NCBI GenBank assembly: GCA_946965045.2
Contig: OX337229.1
Coordinates: forward strand, 4,402,001-4,466,000
Direction of reading: 5' to 3'
Length of the DNA stretch: 64,000 nt
Origin: Epithemia pelagica
Lineage: Eukaryota; Protista; Bacillariophyta
The translations under genes were made by a program, and so were the position numbers. How positions within the stretch are numbered: position 1 is the first letter of the stretch; the number at the start of each line of letters is the position of its first letter. A model generated the notes under the pieces. That model was given only the letters and a program-made list of their open reading frames with translations. It was not told where the DNA came from and did no database searches. Of the stretch, positions 10,195 through 21,828 are shown piece after piece.

Positions 10195-13100
10195 TGCTGT
10201 GTGCCCAGTGATGAAATTGATAAAACGAATCTTATCCGTCCACATTTCTCACTTGTAGGCACCCCTACCTTCAGCTTAGCCTTTGCACACCGTTTATGTG
10301 CTGCCGTATCACAGTCCCATACCACTGATCCGATTGATCTGACATGTGAAATGGACTCGCATGCTGACACTTGTTGTGTTGGTCGCAACTTTGTGAAATT
10401 CAGGGAACCTGACCGTTACATCACTGTTTCCCCATTCTCAGAGGAATATAAACCCCTCGAGCGTATCCCCGTCACCACGACCGCCACTGTCTGGACTGAT
10501 GCCCACAACAATAGTTATCTATTGCTGTTTCACGAGTCGTTATTCTTCGGGGACCGATTGTCCCAATCATTGATTTGTCCCAATCAACTGCGTTCAAACG
10601 GCCTCATTGTCCATGATGTGCCGCGTCAGTTTGACCCTTACAGCACACACAGCATTCGTATTCCCGATGCTGACCTGACCATTCCTCTAGAAATGTCCGG
10701 TGTTATCTCTGGCTTCGCGACCACGAAGCCAACCCCGGAGGAGCTCGAGTCGCTCCCACGGATAGTCATGACTGCTGATTCGGTGTGGCACCCTCATTCG
10801 TCCACCTTTGCTGCCGCGGAGGAGAAAGCCAATGCATCCAATGCATCTGCTGTCCGCCAAGTTGATCCGAATTCGATTGCTGCATCCTGTGTCCCGCGAT
10901 TGGTTGCTGCCGTCCGATCATACGACGACACCTATGGCTATTGCATGGAACTTGAGAATGACGAGGATGAACTATGCAACCGCTTAGTTGCTGCCGTTCG
11001 AGTGTCCCATCCACCAAGCGCCGAGGACACTGTTGACATTGATGACCTTGATCCCGACGAATACTTTCTCAAAGCCGTTAAGTCTGCTTCGTCACGACCA
11101 ACGAAAGCCGTAAAAGTCTTGCCATCTTCTTCTAAGCCTGTACTTGATCCCCAGACCTTGTCTTCTCGATGGAATGTCGGCCTAACTAAGGCCAAGAAGA
11201 CTTTACAAGTGACAACCCAGGCTGGGGTCCGAAATGTCCTTGTCCCATCTGAACGCAAGGTTTGAAAGAAAGCTCCATGGCTCAAATTCCCGAATGTCAA
11301 GGGACGATGGTTTTGCGACGAGATGTTCTCCAAGTGCCCATCGCTTGATCTTCACACGGGTGCTTCCGTATTTACTGATGGAAAGGGCTATGATTTTGTC
11401 TATCCCTGGAAATCAAAGAAGCAACACCCTGAAGGTCTGATGTCCCTTATCCAGAATGTCAGAATTCCTCAGACGTTAATTTCTGATGGTGCGCAGGAGC
11501 TATTTCATGGACGTTCTCGTGACATCTGTAATGAGTACCGTATCAAACAAGAAGTGACCGTCCCATACAGTCAATGGCAGAATGCCGCCAAAGCGAGCAT
11601 CCGTGAGTTGAAGAAAGGTGTTATTAGGAAGTTACGTCAAACTGGTGCACCACGACGCACATGGTCCTATGCGCTAAAGTGGGTTGCCTCTGTCCGCCAG
11701 TTAACTGCCTCTGATATCCCTGAACTTAATGGACGAACGCCATTTGAACACGTTCTTGGATCGACACCCGACATCTCTCCCATGGCTTTGTTTGATTTCT
11801 ATCAACCTGTATACTATTATACGCCGTCGCATGACTTCCCTCATGAGCGTAAATGTATTGGGCGCTGGCTTGGTCTTGCCGATGACTGTATTGATGACAT
11901 GGCTTTCAACGTCTTGACAGAGAAAGGTCGAGTTATTGTCCGAAAAGATGTGTGGGCAATCCCTGACGACGATATGAAAAATCCCACAATCCGTCAACAA
12001 CTGGAAGTCTATGATGGTCTTATCAAGACTCTCCTCGTGGATACATCGCCGTCTTCCGATGAAGATGCCGCCAACGTTTCCCCTGATCCACCCGATGATT
12101 TCTTTGGAGAAGACGAAAGTGAATCTCTCTTTCCTGCTGCTCTTGACTCTGATACACCTCTCCCTGATGCTGACGACTACACTCCGGAGGAGCTAGACGA
12201 ATATCTCACAGCCGAAGTCATGCTGCCGCACGGCGGGGACCAGGCCAGAGCCAAGATCATAGGCCGCTCCAAAGATGAACATGGTCGACCAATTGGCAAA
12301 CGTGATCCAAATCCAATCTTAGACACACGTTTCTATGACGTGCTGTATCCCGATGGATCCACCGAATCTCTTGCTGCTAATCTCATTGCCGAGAACCTTT
12401 ACTCTCAAGTCGACACTGAGGGCAACTCCTATGCCATTGTAAAGGATATCATTGGACATCGCAAAACCAAGGACGCTGTCCTCCGAACGGATCCGGACTG
12501 GTTGAATGGCCGTAAACGCCATACAACCGTTGGTTGGGAACATGAGTGTGAACTCTCCGATGGTTCTACTGTTTGGATCCCTCTCAAAGATCTCAAAAAC
12601 GATTCGCCTGTACAACTAGCCGAATATGCTGTTGCGGCGGGGCTTGCCAAAGAACCGGCCTATGCCTGGTGGGTTCCACATACGTTGCGCAAACGTGGTG
12701 TGATTCTTGCAAAAGTAAAATCTCGCTATTGGAAACGTACCCACAAATATGGTATTGAACTGCCCAAAACCGTTCAAGAAGCTCTTGAGATTGATCGTCG
12801 AACGGGGACTGATTTCTGGCGGAAAGCCATCGAAAAGGAGATGAAAAATGTTCGCATTGCCTTTGAATTCCGTGATGATGACAAAGTACCAATTGGATAC
12901 AAACATATCCCATGTCATATGGTCTTTGATATCAAGTCTGATCTTCGCCGTAAAGCCCGACTGGTTGCCGGCGGGCATAAGACTGATCCACCGAAGGAAT
13001 CCACGTACTCCAGTGTTGTATCCCGTGATAGCGTACGAATTGCATTCACTATCGCTGCCCTTAATGGCCTGGACGTGTTGGCCGGGGACGTACAAAATGC

Positions 13101-13445
13101 ATACCTCAATGCACCAACAAAAGAGCGAACTTATATTACGGCGGGACTAGAATTTGGTCCCGAAAACGTTGGCCGACCTGCACTGATTGTTCGTGCTCTG
13201 TATGGTTTGAAGAGTTCTGCTGCTCGTTGGCGTGATCACATTGCCGCAACACTTCGTGAAATGAAGTTCAAAAGTTGCTTGGCTGACCCTGATGTCTGGC
13301 TTCGACCTCAAGTCCGACCATCTGATGGGTTCCAATACTATGAGTATGTACTTGTCTACATAGACGACATACTCTGTGTCAGTCATGATCCGCGATCGAT
13401 CATGAATGATCTGGAAAAACGGTATACAATCAAACCCGAGAGTAT

Positions 13446-14228
13446 TGTTACAATTCTTTCTGAATCGTAGGGACATTGATGCTCGGTAGAGCAGACAATC
13501 AGGTAGGTCACCAACCGATACAAGCTTCTCAGGGTCAGAGAAGCAAGCAAGTCGAAGTCTATCAGAAGGATAGTCGGGACACAAAAGAGGATGTGATAAA
13601 TGGTGATATTGTTAGATTGTGTGTTGATTACTACGATAGGTCTACGTGAAATGTTCGGTCCTGCCAAGGGTCATGTGTCATAGGTTCTTGGCGGCAACAG
13701 GTTTGGAATAGTTGGAGTTGATTCATGTGATGTATATGACATGTATATGTGGGCGGATAACATATACAGGGTCAACAGCTCTTGCTTTGGGTTGGCATAG
13801 TTGTTTTCATGGCGCGCAGCTTGTTGACAATTTGGAGATTGTGGGAATGGAAATATGGTCTCGCGTGATCGTGTGTCGTGCTTGGGATACTTAGACCGTT
13901 GGATCGGATAGATGCCGATAGCGCTCGGATGTCGCTTGGGCGCGCTCGATGATTTCGGGCGCGTACGCTTAGGGCGTTAGTATAATGTCCGAGCAACGGC
14001 CAAATTTATGTCCGTTGTAATACCGCACGACCCAGTTTAGTCTTGAGAGTGAGTTCGTCAATCTATTCTCACTTTTCATGATTTGCGAAGAAATATAGGT
14101 CGATATAGCGCGAAGCTAGGAAACATAGCTCGAAGCTAGAGGGCATGATGCGATAGCACGAGGCTATGTGACATGGGGAATCGATGAGATGTAGAATCTA
14201 ACCACCATAGACGGTGAGAATTCTAACA
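13446..14228 (-). repeat. 3' LTR of inner Copia (783 bp)
   Basis: Matches 21046-21828 except at two C/T positions found by eye (13892/21492 and 13990/21590). Confidence 0.97.
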
Positions 14229-17200
14229 CTCCCCACAACTCGTCGTTTCAGCCTTGTCATCATTGGATTTGTTGAGATCTTGAACTTCTCCTTTCCAAAA
14301 CAACAATGGCTTGAGCATGGGCCAAATAGATACGAAATCCCAATGTTTGCTAAGGATATCGGCAGGGTTGGTCTTTCCATCTTTCCAGTAGAATGCAACA
14401 TACTTTGCTGCGATGGCTTCACGAACTCGGTGGTATGACAGAAGATGGTGTCTCTTGGATAGTATGGAGTGAGGAACGGTTGCATTGAGCACAACAGATC
14501 TGTTATCTCCGTACAAGTAACTTCGCTCTCGGATAGGTACTCCAAGGTAGCGGAGAGAATGTCGTAATTCTGTAATCTGATCTATTGCTGTCCTTGCAGC
14601 CACAAACTCGGATCCATAGGTAGCAGTTTCCACCGTGCTCTGTCTCTTGCTGTACCAGTCAATAGGTGTTCCGTTCAACAAATGTAGAACAGCAGTGACG
14701 GATTTACCAGTGACTATGTCATGCATGAGATTGGCATCAACATAATGAGTTGTGGTAACATAGCGGCCAAGAGGTGTTGGGCAGTCTTCAGGAATACGTT
14801 CACTTGCATTCGAATAGACAGTGCGAGTCCAATCAAATTCTTGGGTAGGAAGACTTGAATAATCAGGCTCTCCAATCCTAAATCTGATTGCGCCTTCTGG
14901 GAGATGTGCAAGGTATCCATAGATACGCTTGGCTCTATCAAGATGTCCTTTCCTCGGAGCAGCACGAAAGCGTGATAGCGTCATTGTAGCGGTGAAGACG
15001 TCGAAACGACCAATAGTGATCACCCATTGGAGTTGTCCAATCAGAGTTTGGAAATGGCTAGTACCTTCTTCATCAAGGAGCTCAGAATCATCCAATTCAG
15101 GATGGTCTCCACCAATAAGAGGTGTTTTGGCTTTCTTGGGTTTCTCCTTGAAGATTCGTTCGAAAGTGTCCATCATCTTACCAATGTAGCGTCTTGGATC
15201 TGCTACGAATGTTCCATCAGAATCCTTGGTGTAACAACATCCCAAATGGAAATCAATAGGTCCATCTCCTTTGAGTTTGAAGTTGTATTTCTCCTTCAGG
15301 ATCTTGCAGATATTCCCAGGATCAGTAGAAATAATGGCTAAGTCATCAACGTATACGGCAATGTATTCGTAACAGTCTTCTCCAGGTGCTTTCCTCATCC
15401 AGATATCCGGATCTGCTTTGCTTGGTGAAAATCCCATGTCTGTCAAAACATCGAATAAGACATCATGCCAGCGTGCGCCTGATGACTTCAATCCATAAAG
15501 TGCCTTGTATATAATCAGGATGTGACCTTCTAATTCCTTGAATTCAGGTCCTGCGACAATGAAAATTTTCTCCCCTGTCAAGGCTTCCAGATATGCATTT
15601 CCAATATCTGCTCCCCATATTTCCAAGTCATTCAAAGTACCCAGGAATAAGGCAATGCGGAGGTTGCGAATGGAAACAACACCTGAATAGATTGTCTCAA
15701 CAGGTTCTTTTGTGAGATGTCCATCTGCGACAAGTCTTGCTTTATGTCGTCCATCATGTTTTACGTCAAAGACAAGATGCACACGTATCTTATGATATCC
15801 TTCAGGTGCATTGGATACTTTCCCTTTAATGAAGATGGCTTTCCCAAAATCCTTGAATGTCTTGTAGGACTGGATCTGTGACAATTCTAATTCTGTTGCA
15901 TCCTGCCACTTTGTGTTGCCATGTTGTTTATCAAGAGCAACAGCTTCCTCATAATTGCGTGGTACTTGAAATCCAAACTTATACTTGACGGAATGGTGAA
16001 CTTGTTTAATCCTTGACTGTTTGGCTGCTCGAATGAGACGTTTGCTTGTTTTGACATAACGTTTCAAATGCTTCCATCCAGGTTCGTTGAGTAAACCATG
16101 TTTCTTTCCATAAATTGCTACAGTGATCGGATCATCATTGGCGATGAGTGATAAAGGTTCATAGGTAGTCTCCCCAGTTTCCCAATCAACAAGCAAATTA
16201 TATTTGCTCCCCTTGTAATCTGGATCAGTTGTGTTCAGTGGGCCTTGATGGGCAATGACATCCCTGAACCTGAAAAGATTATCTCCAGAGGTTTGAGCTT
16301 GGTTATCTCGTTCGATATACTCCATGAGTTGATTATAGGATATCATCTCATCAACATCAGAATTTGTCTTTCGGTAAATGTACTTGACACGTTCTTCCTG
16401 TTTCGTTGCTTCTTCATTAAGATCAATGACTCGTTTGATGACACGTGCACGGTGTCGCTCCCCATTTTCTTCTGTGTCGCATAGGAATGTGCGTCCTATC
16501 ATGTCGTCAAAATCGATCGTGGGCATTGGTTTGGATGGATCTTCACTATCACTGCGAATGAAGACAGTGTCAGCTTGCTTATCATTGTCATCCTTCTCAG
16601 ACGAATCCTCCCCTGAAGGTCGATCCACACGTAGGTTAGGTGTAGTGGATTCAACACGGCGAACGGCAGAACGATAGATTATCTGGTTATCCTGGGTGAG
16701 AATTTTCCAAGTAAAAGAATCACCAACGTTGTGAGCAAAACCAACCCAGTGGCCAAGTTTCTCATCAGAAGAAGATGGATATGAACCGGAATTGGGTTCA
16801 GCGGGGTCGACACGGTAGTAAACCTCATCCCAGAAAGGAAAGAACAAGAGATGAGTAATGTCGGGTGGGCGACCGGAGAGAGCCTCAAGAGGAGTGCGAC
16901 CGGAGTGGGTGGGGATGACGTATGGTTCAATAAGTCACAGACATACTCAAGGCAAAGAAGCCAGGTGTTGGCAGGGCAACCAGTGGCATTCATGAGAGCG
17001 TTGGTCATACGTTTAACGGTCTGATAACGGTTTTCAGCCTTATTCTGGTGTTGATGATAAGGTTCAGATCGATACTCCCCAATAAGCAAAGTGCGAAGAA
17101 TGTCTTTGACCTTTTGAGAGATGAGAGATGAACCACCATCACTGATAAGGGTCTCCATGGCACCACGAAACCGGATGTTATCCTGGAGAGTATTGACAAA

Positions 17201-19909
17201 CTGTTTGGTCGACTTGATCCCATAGATATCAGTAACCAGAGTATCTCGACCAACAAAGATTTGTGCGACTTTACCGCCATGGTCAACAGCAGGGGTGTCG
17301 GAGAAAACCGAGTCAGTAGCAACGGGTTCATGACGTCGAGGTATATTAAGGACCGGATTGCGAGCCTTGAAATGTTTCTTGAGGGTGTCGTGGTCAAAAG
17401 TAATGCTACCATTACGTGTAGTGTGCTTGAACGTATCGGCAATAACATCTTCAGATTGCCAACCAAAGAATGGACGGAACTTCTTCCAGTCATACGCTTC
17501 CTGGTAACGACGGTGGACAGAGGCATGAAGTGTAGGATCATTACCTTCTGCGTCAGCATAGATAGAAAAGAAGGGTGCGTCGTCAGGTCCATGATCATAT
17601 GGGAGATCCAAAAGGAGATTGAGGTTACAAACAACACGATCAGTGTACTCCCCATAGTTGTCATATGGATGGTTCGACATACTACCATCAGTCTTGACGT
17701 GTTTCCAATCAGGATCATTGTCAGAGGGTGTGGGAGAATACGAATGGTCCAGAACACCAGGATCCCATGTGTCGGGTGACGTGAAGATGATCTGAGGTAA
17801 GGTATCCATGTCATCGTCGCTGGGGATACCCAAGGAGTGGATGTAGGCTAACCCATCCTTGATGTGAAGGGGTATGGCACGACCATCAAGTGTAGTGATG
17901 CGTTGTTTACCATCAACTTTAACAGATCGTTCATCAACAGCAAGTCCGAAATGCTCGAATTGACCAGGAGCATGGATAGATAAGCCCTTCCCATAATAAG
18001 CATATTCATTGAAGATGCCGACAATAGGTCCATCATTGGTCTCAAACTTTGCGGCACATGTGACGACAGGAAGCCCAGTAAGTTCATGGTTATCAATACC
18101 CACAATAGTGATATGGCGGCCAGTCTTAGAAAGGATGCGCATGTCAGAACCAGCAAGTCCTCCATTAGCACCACGGTCAATCAATTGATTCCCTGGTAAA
18201 GTAGATTTCCTGGAAAACAGATAGCGTGGAACATGTCCTGCTTGTTTATGCATGTTGGCTTTGAAAGTAACCTTCTTGCTCGTCTTGGACTTGGCGTTAG
18301 AAAGAACACTAGTCAGGTCAGTTGCCGGGTGATTGATATCAGTCGTCATGGCTTGGTTGATAAATTGTGTAACCGGATCTGAATCATCTGAATGCTCAGT
18401 GACTACGCCAGGTGAGTCGTCATCAGATACAACTTGGTTGGGATCAGGATCAGGTTCCGGATCAATGTCGAGGGCATGTGTTTGCACTGTCCTCGGTATT
18501 GTTGATGAAGGTGCTTGAATCATCTTGTTATATTCAATGATCAACTTGCGATCTTCTTCAGAAAGTTTGAACCATAGGTCACGCGGTAGACTAACCTTGG
18601 ACGAAGAGGATGGAGATTCAGATGTCGCTTTGGTGTTGTGGACATGATACTCCATATCATCTTGTGAGGTTATGTCAGCATCTGTATCTTGGCCATATAG
18701 TGATTCATGTTGTTTGACATGTCGACGGCGACTATGAACAGATGACTGGGTTGCTTGATCATGGTCATAAGCTGCGTCTAGAAGGAGACGGAAGTATGAT
18801 TGATAGCAAAGGGATTTTGCACCGGATTTGGTGTTCACCACATTATCCAAGATCTTGACTCGGCGGAGATCAGGTACCTTTTCTACAGCTTGCATGAGGA
18901 AGGTCATCCTGGTATGATCAGGGATGCGATCAGACAATGTCACTAAATTGTCTAGCAAACGTAGCTGCTCTTGAAAGTGTAGAAGAAATTGACGTGTTGT
19001 TCCGCGCCATGTGTCGTCAAGACGTAGATTGGAAATGTAGTTGGTTAAGCGGAGGACTTCTCGCTTTGCTAGGTCGGATTCGGTATGCAAAGAGTGTAAC
19101 TTCTGCAATACGGCACGCGCATCTTCATCATGTTCATGTTCACGTACATAGGCTCGACCTTGGTCAGTCTGAATGATACGGACAAGAACGGAGTAAAGAA
19201 ATACTTGTTGCTCTTGAAAAAGTTCTTCGGTATACTCATCATCATGGGGTGGTGTGTATTTGAAATTCAGAACGTTGGATAGGCCTTGAGCCTTAGCTGT
19301 AGTCTTGAATACACGCCAGAATGAATCGTAGTATCGTTCATCCTTGAATACCTCATATGCAGTTGCGTCGCGCTTAGTTCCCTTTCTGAATGCTGTAAGG
19401 TCTTGTTGAGATTGGGATGCGGCAGTAACTGTGCTGACAGATTTCACAGATGACGGTGACTTCATTGGCGAGACTGGGACTTGGCTAGGTGGTCCCTTAG
19501 AGAAATCTGTGTTGATCCTCCAAGTGTTGAACTCTTTCCTCGTTAGGTTCATCCAGTCGCTATTGGATAGCTCGTCTTGAATTTCATTGGTCTTGTATGT
19601 GGCCCAATAAGCCAAGAGCTTGATCTGCTGTCTTGTGGGGCCTTGTAGATCATGTGTCTGTTTGTTGACCTTGTATTGTGTCAGTTCCTTCATGGATTCC
19701 TCGGTATTAGTTTGCATATACGAGATAACATGGGTAATGTTCTCAAAACCATGGTATTTCATCCACTTCATTAAGTAGTCAGCCCTTTCTTTGGTAAAAA
19801 ATTGGCAGACAGTAAATATGATGTGGTCGAATAGGTCTGTGTCCGAGACATTGTCTTGGTTATCTTCTCCCTTAGGAGTCGTAGGTGTCTTGGGTGATTG
19901 AGGATCCAT
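14223..19909 (-). CDS. Gag-Pol polyprotein of inner Copia, with one apparent 1-nt deletion frameshift near 16911-16914
   Basis: ATG at 19909. PR LIDRGANGG; IN VATDSVFSD/LISDGG/QNKAE; RT YIAVYVDDL; RH HYVDANL. Adding one C to the CCCC run restores NHTSSPTHSGRTPLEALSG...FFPFWDEVYY. Confidence 0.92.
14229..14236 (-). other. Polypurine tract of inner Copia
   Basis: GTGGGGAG immediately before the 3' LTR on the minus strand. Confidence 0.75.
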
Positions 19910-20229
19910 GGTGTTATTTGGTTGGTTCGATGTTTATTTAATGTGCGGTGTGATGTGGTTTATTTAATGTGTGATGTGATGTGAACCCGGATGTACCACG
20001 TGTGCCACGTATGTACCACGTATGTAATACCCGGATGTGTGTTGTGATGTGCGACTCCTGGAAATTTCCGTTGATTTCGACAAATTTTCGCCGAGTTTCA
20101 ACAAATTTTCGCCGAATTTTCGCGATTTGACGGGAATGTGTGGCGTGTTGTGCGACCAAGGGTACCCGGATGTGCGTTGAGTTTAAGTCTTGGAAAGGTT
20201 TTGAGAGGACGGGAGTTAACTATGAGTAA

Positions 20230-21009
20230 TTAAGCTTCGGTCTCTGAATCCTCACCCTCTTCCGAATGATCAGAGTCGCTTCCAGGCTCAGATGGGGCAG
20301 CACAAGCAACAGAAGAAGGGGTATCACCTTCAGCCAGGTGGTTCTCGACCTCGGTACGCAAAGGGTAGATAGTTGCACGATGGTCCTCGATGGTATGGAC
20401 CTCGTGGATGTAGGCAACGTAGTTATCTAGGCGTACAACGTTAGGAGGCAGAGGGCAAGTCGTCGCGTTCACGACGTAGATGGTATTGTAGTATCCAGTT
20501 GGGCGCTCGAAGGTTAGGAAGCGGAGGTGGACAGTACGGATGGGGTTGCCCGAGAGGGCGGCAAAGATGAGGCGACGCCTCGGAGAGCGGTGAAGTTGGT
20601 CGTTCAGACGGTCAATGTCTTCTTGGTCGACGATGTGGGTCACCGATTGGAACTGGCGTTCGATCTGGGTCTCCCCACGGATGATCTCGGGATCGAAGGT
20701 CGAACAAGTTGGTTGGCGGAAGTACTTGATATGATCAGCAATCAACCGGGTGGTACGACGGGATCGAGAAGGGACGAGCCGACGAGGCGGACTCGGGGGC
20801 CGAAGCAACGGCGCAGGGATTGGAGCGTGAGGCTGGGTTGGAGTCTCGAATGGGTTGCTGTTGGAACTGTCGACGGAGATGTTGACCGATGTGTTGGCTG
20901 CCTTCGGCGTCGGCACCAGTTCCTGCTGCACCAGGGTATCGGGCTGCCCGGGATGCAGGTTGGCTCGATAGATCTGTCGTACAGGAGTGATAATCTCGTT
21001 AGTATCCAT
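20230..21009 (-). CDS. Extra ORF (259 aa) of inner Copia, upstream of gag, same sense, unknown function
   Basis: ATG-initiated uninterrupted ORF starting 37 nt after the 5' LTR. Pro/Ser-rich N-terminus, globular-looking middle, acidic tail, TAA stop. Confidence 0.65.
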   Translation of the reverse strand: MDTNEIITPVRQIYRANLHPGQPDTLVQQELVPTPKAANTSVNISVDSSNSNPFETPTQPHAPIPAPLLRPPSPPRRLVPSRSRRTTRLIADHIKYFRQPTCSTFDPEIIRGETQIERQFQSVTHIVDQEDIDRLNDQLHRSPRRRLIFAALSGNPIRTVHLRFLTFERPTGYYNTIYVVNATTCPLPPNVVRLDNYVAYIHEVHTIEDHRATIYPLRTEVENHLAEGDTPSSVACAAPSEPGSDSDHSEEGEDSETEA

Positions 21010-21032
21010 GAAACCACAAGGAAATAAGCTTT

Positions 21033-21045
21033 GAGACTGTTAATC
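21033..21045 (-). other. Primer-binding site of inner Copia, complementary to a tRNA-Asn(GUU) anticodon arm
   Basis: Minus-strand GATTAACAGTCTC abuts the LTR; the plus strand reads GA-CT-GTT-AA-TC, the typical tRNA-Asn anticodon loop with its closing pairs. Confidence 0.7.
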
Positions 21046-21828
21046 TGTTACAATTCTTTCTGAATCGTAGGGACATTGATGCTCGGTAGAGCAGACAATC
21101 AGGTAGGTCACCAACCGATACAAGCTTCTCAGGGTCAGAGAAGCAAGCAAGTCGAAGTCTATCAGAAGGATAGTCGGGACACAAAAGAGGATGTGATAAA
21201 TGGTGATATTGTTAGATTGTGTGTTGATTACTACGATAGGTCTACGTGAAATGTTCGGTCCTGCCAAGGGTCATGTGTCATAGGTTCTTGGCGGCAACAG
21301 GTTTGGAATAGTTGGAGTTGATTCATGTGATGTATATGACATGTATATGTGGGCGGATAACATATACAGGGTCAACAGCTCTTGCTTTGGGTTGGCATAG
21401 TTGTTTTCATGGCGCGCAGCTTGTTGACAATTTGGAGATTGTGGGAATGGAAATATGGTCTCGCGTGATCGTGTGTCGTGCTTGGGATACTCAGACCGTT
21501 GGATCGGATAGATGCCGATAGCGCTCGGATGTCGCTTGGGCGCGCTCGATGATTTCGGGCGCGTACGCTTAGGGCGTTAGTATAATGTCTGAGCAACGGC
21601 CAAATTTATGTCCGTTGTAATACCGCACGACCCAGTTTAGTCTTGAGAGTGAGTTCGTCAATCTATTCTCACTTTTCATGATTTGCGAAGAAATATAGGT
21701 CGATATAGCGCGAAGCTAGGAAACATAGCTCGAAGCTAGAGGGCATGATGCGATAGCACGAGGCTATGTGACATGGGGAATCGATGAGATGTAGAATCTA
21801 ACCACCATAGACGGTGAGAATTCTAACA
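21046..21828 (-). repeat. 5' LTR of inner Copia (783 bp)
   Basis: Near-identical partner of 13446-14228. Confidence 0.97.

Larger units (their letters stand above)
13446..21828 (-). mobile_element. Inner Ty1/Copia LTR retrotransposon (8383 bp), inserted antisense into the RT of the outer element
   Basis: 783-bp TG...CA LTRs, AGTAT TSD at 13441-13445 and 21829-21833, gag-PR-IN-RT-RH on the minus strand. Confidence 0.98.

Noticed and set aside
8923-10388. Antisense ORFs (361 aa, 204 aa) over outer gag/PR
   Set aside because: Typical shadows of a lysine/charge-rich coding strand; no independent features.
11263-11265. Second programmed readthrough site
   Set aside because: Lies inside the pre-integrase region with no clear downstream hairpin; better explained as CGA-to-TGA decay.
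13383-13996. Small ORFs duplicated in both inner LTRs
   Set aside because: Recur only because the LTR is duplicated; no coding signature.
13446-14228. Age paradox: inner LTRs more diverged than outer LTRs
   Set aside because: 2/783 vs 0/174 differences are statistically compatible.
20527-21027. 166-aa plus-strand ORF overlapping the extra ORF
   Set aside because: Antisense shadow with a non-ATG start in GC-rich sequence.
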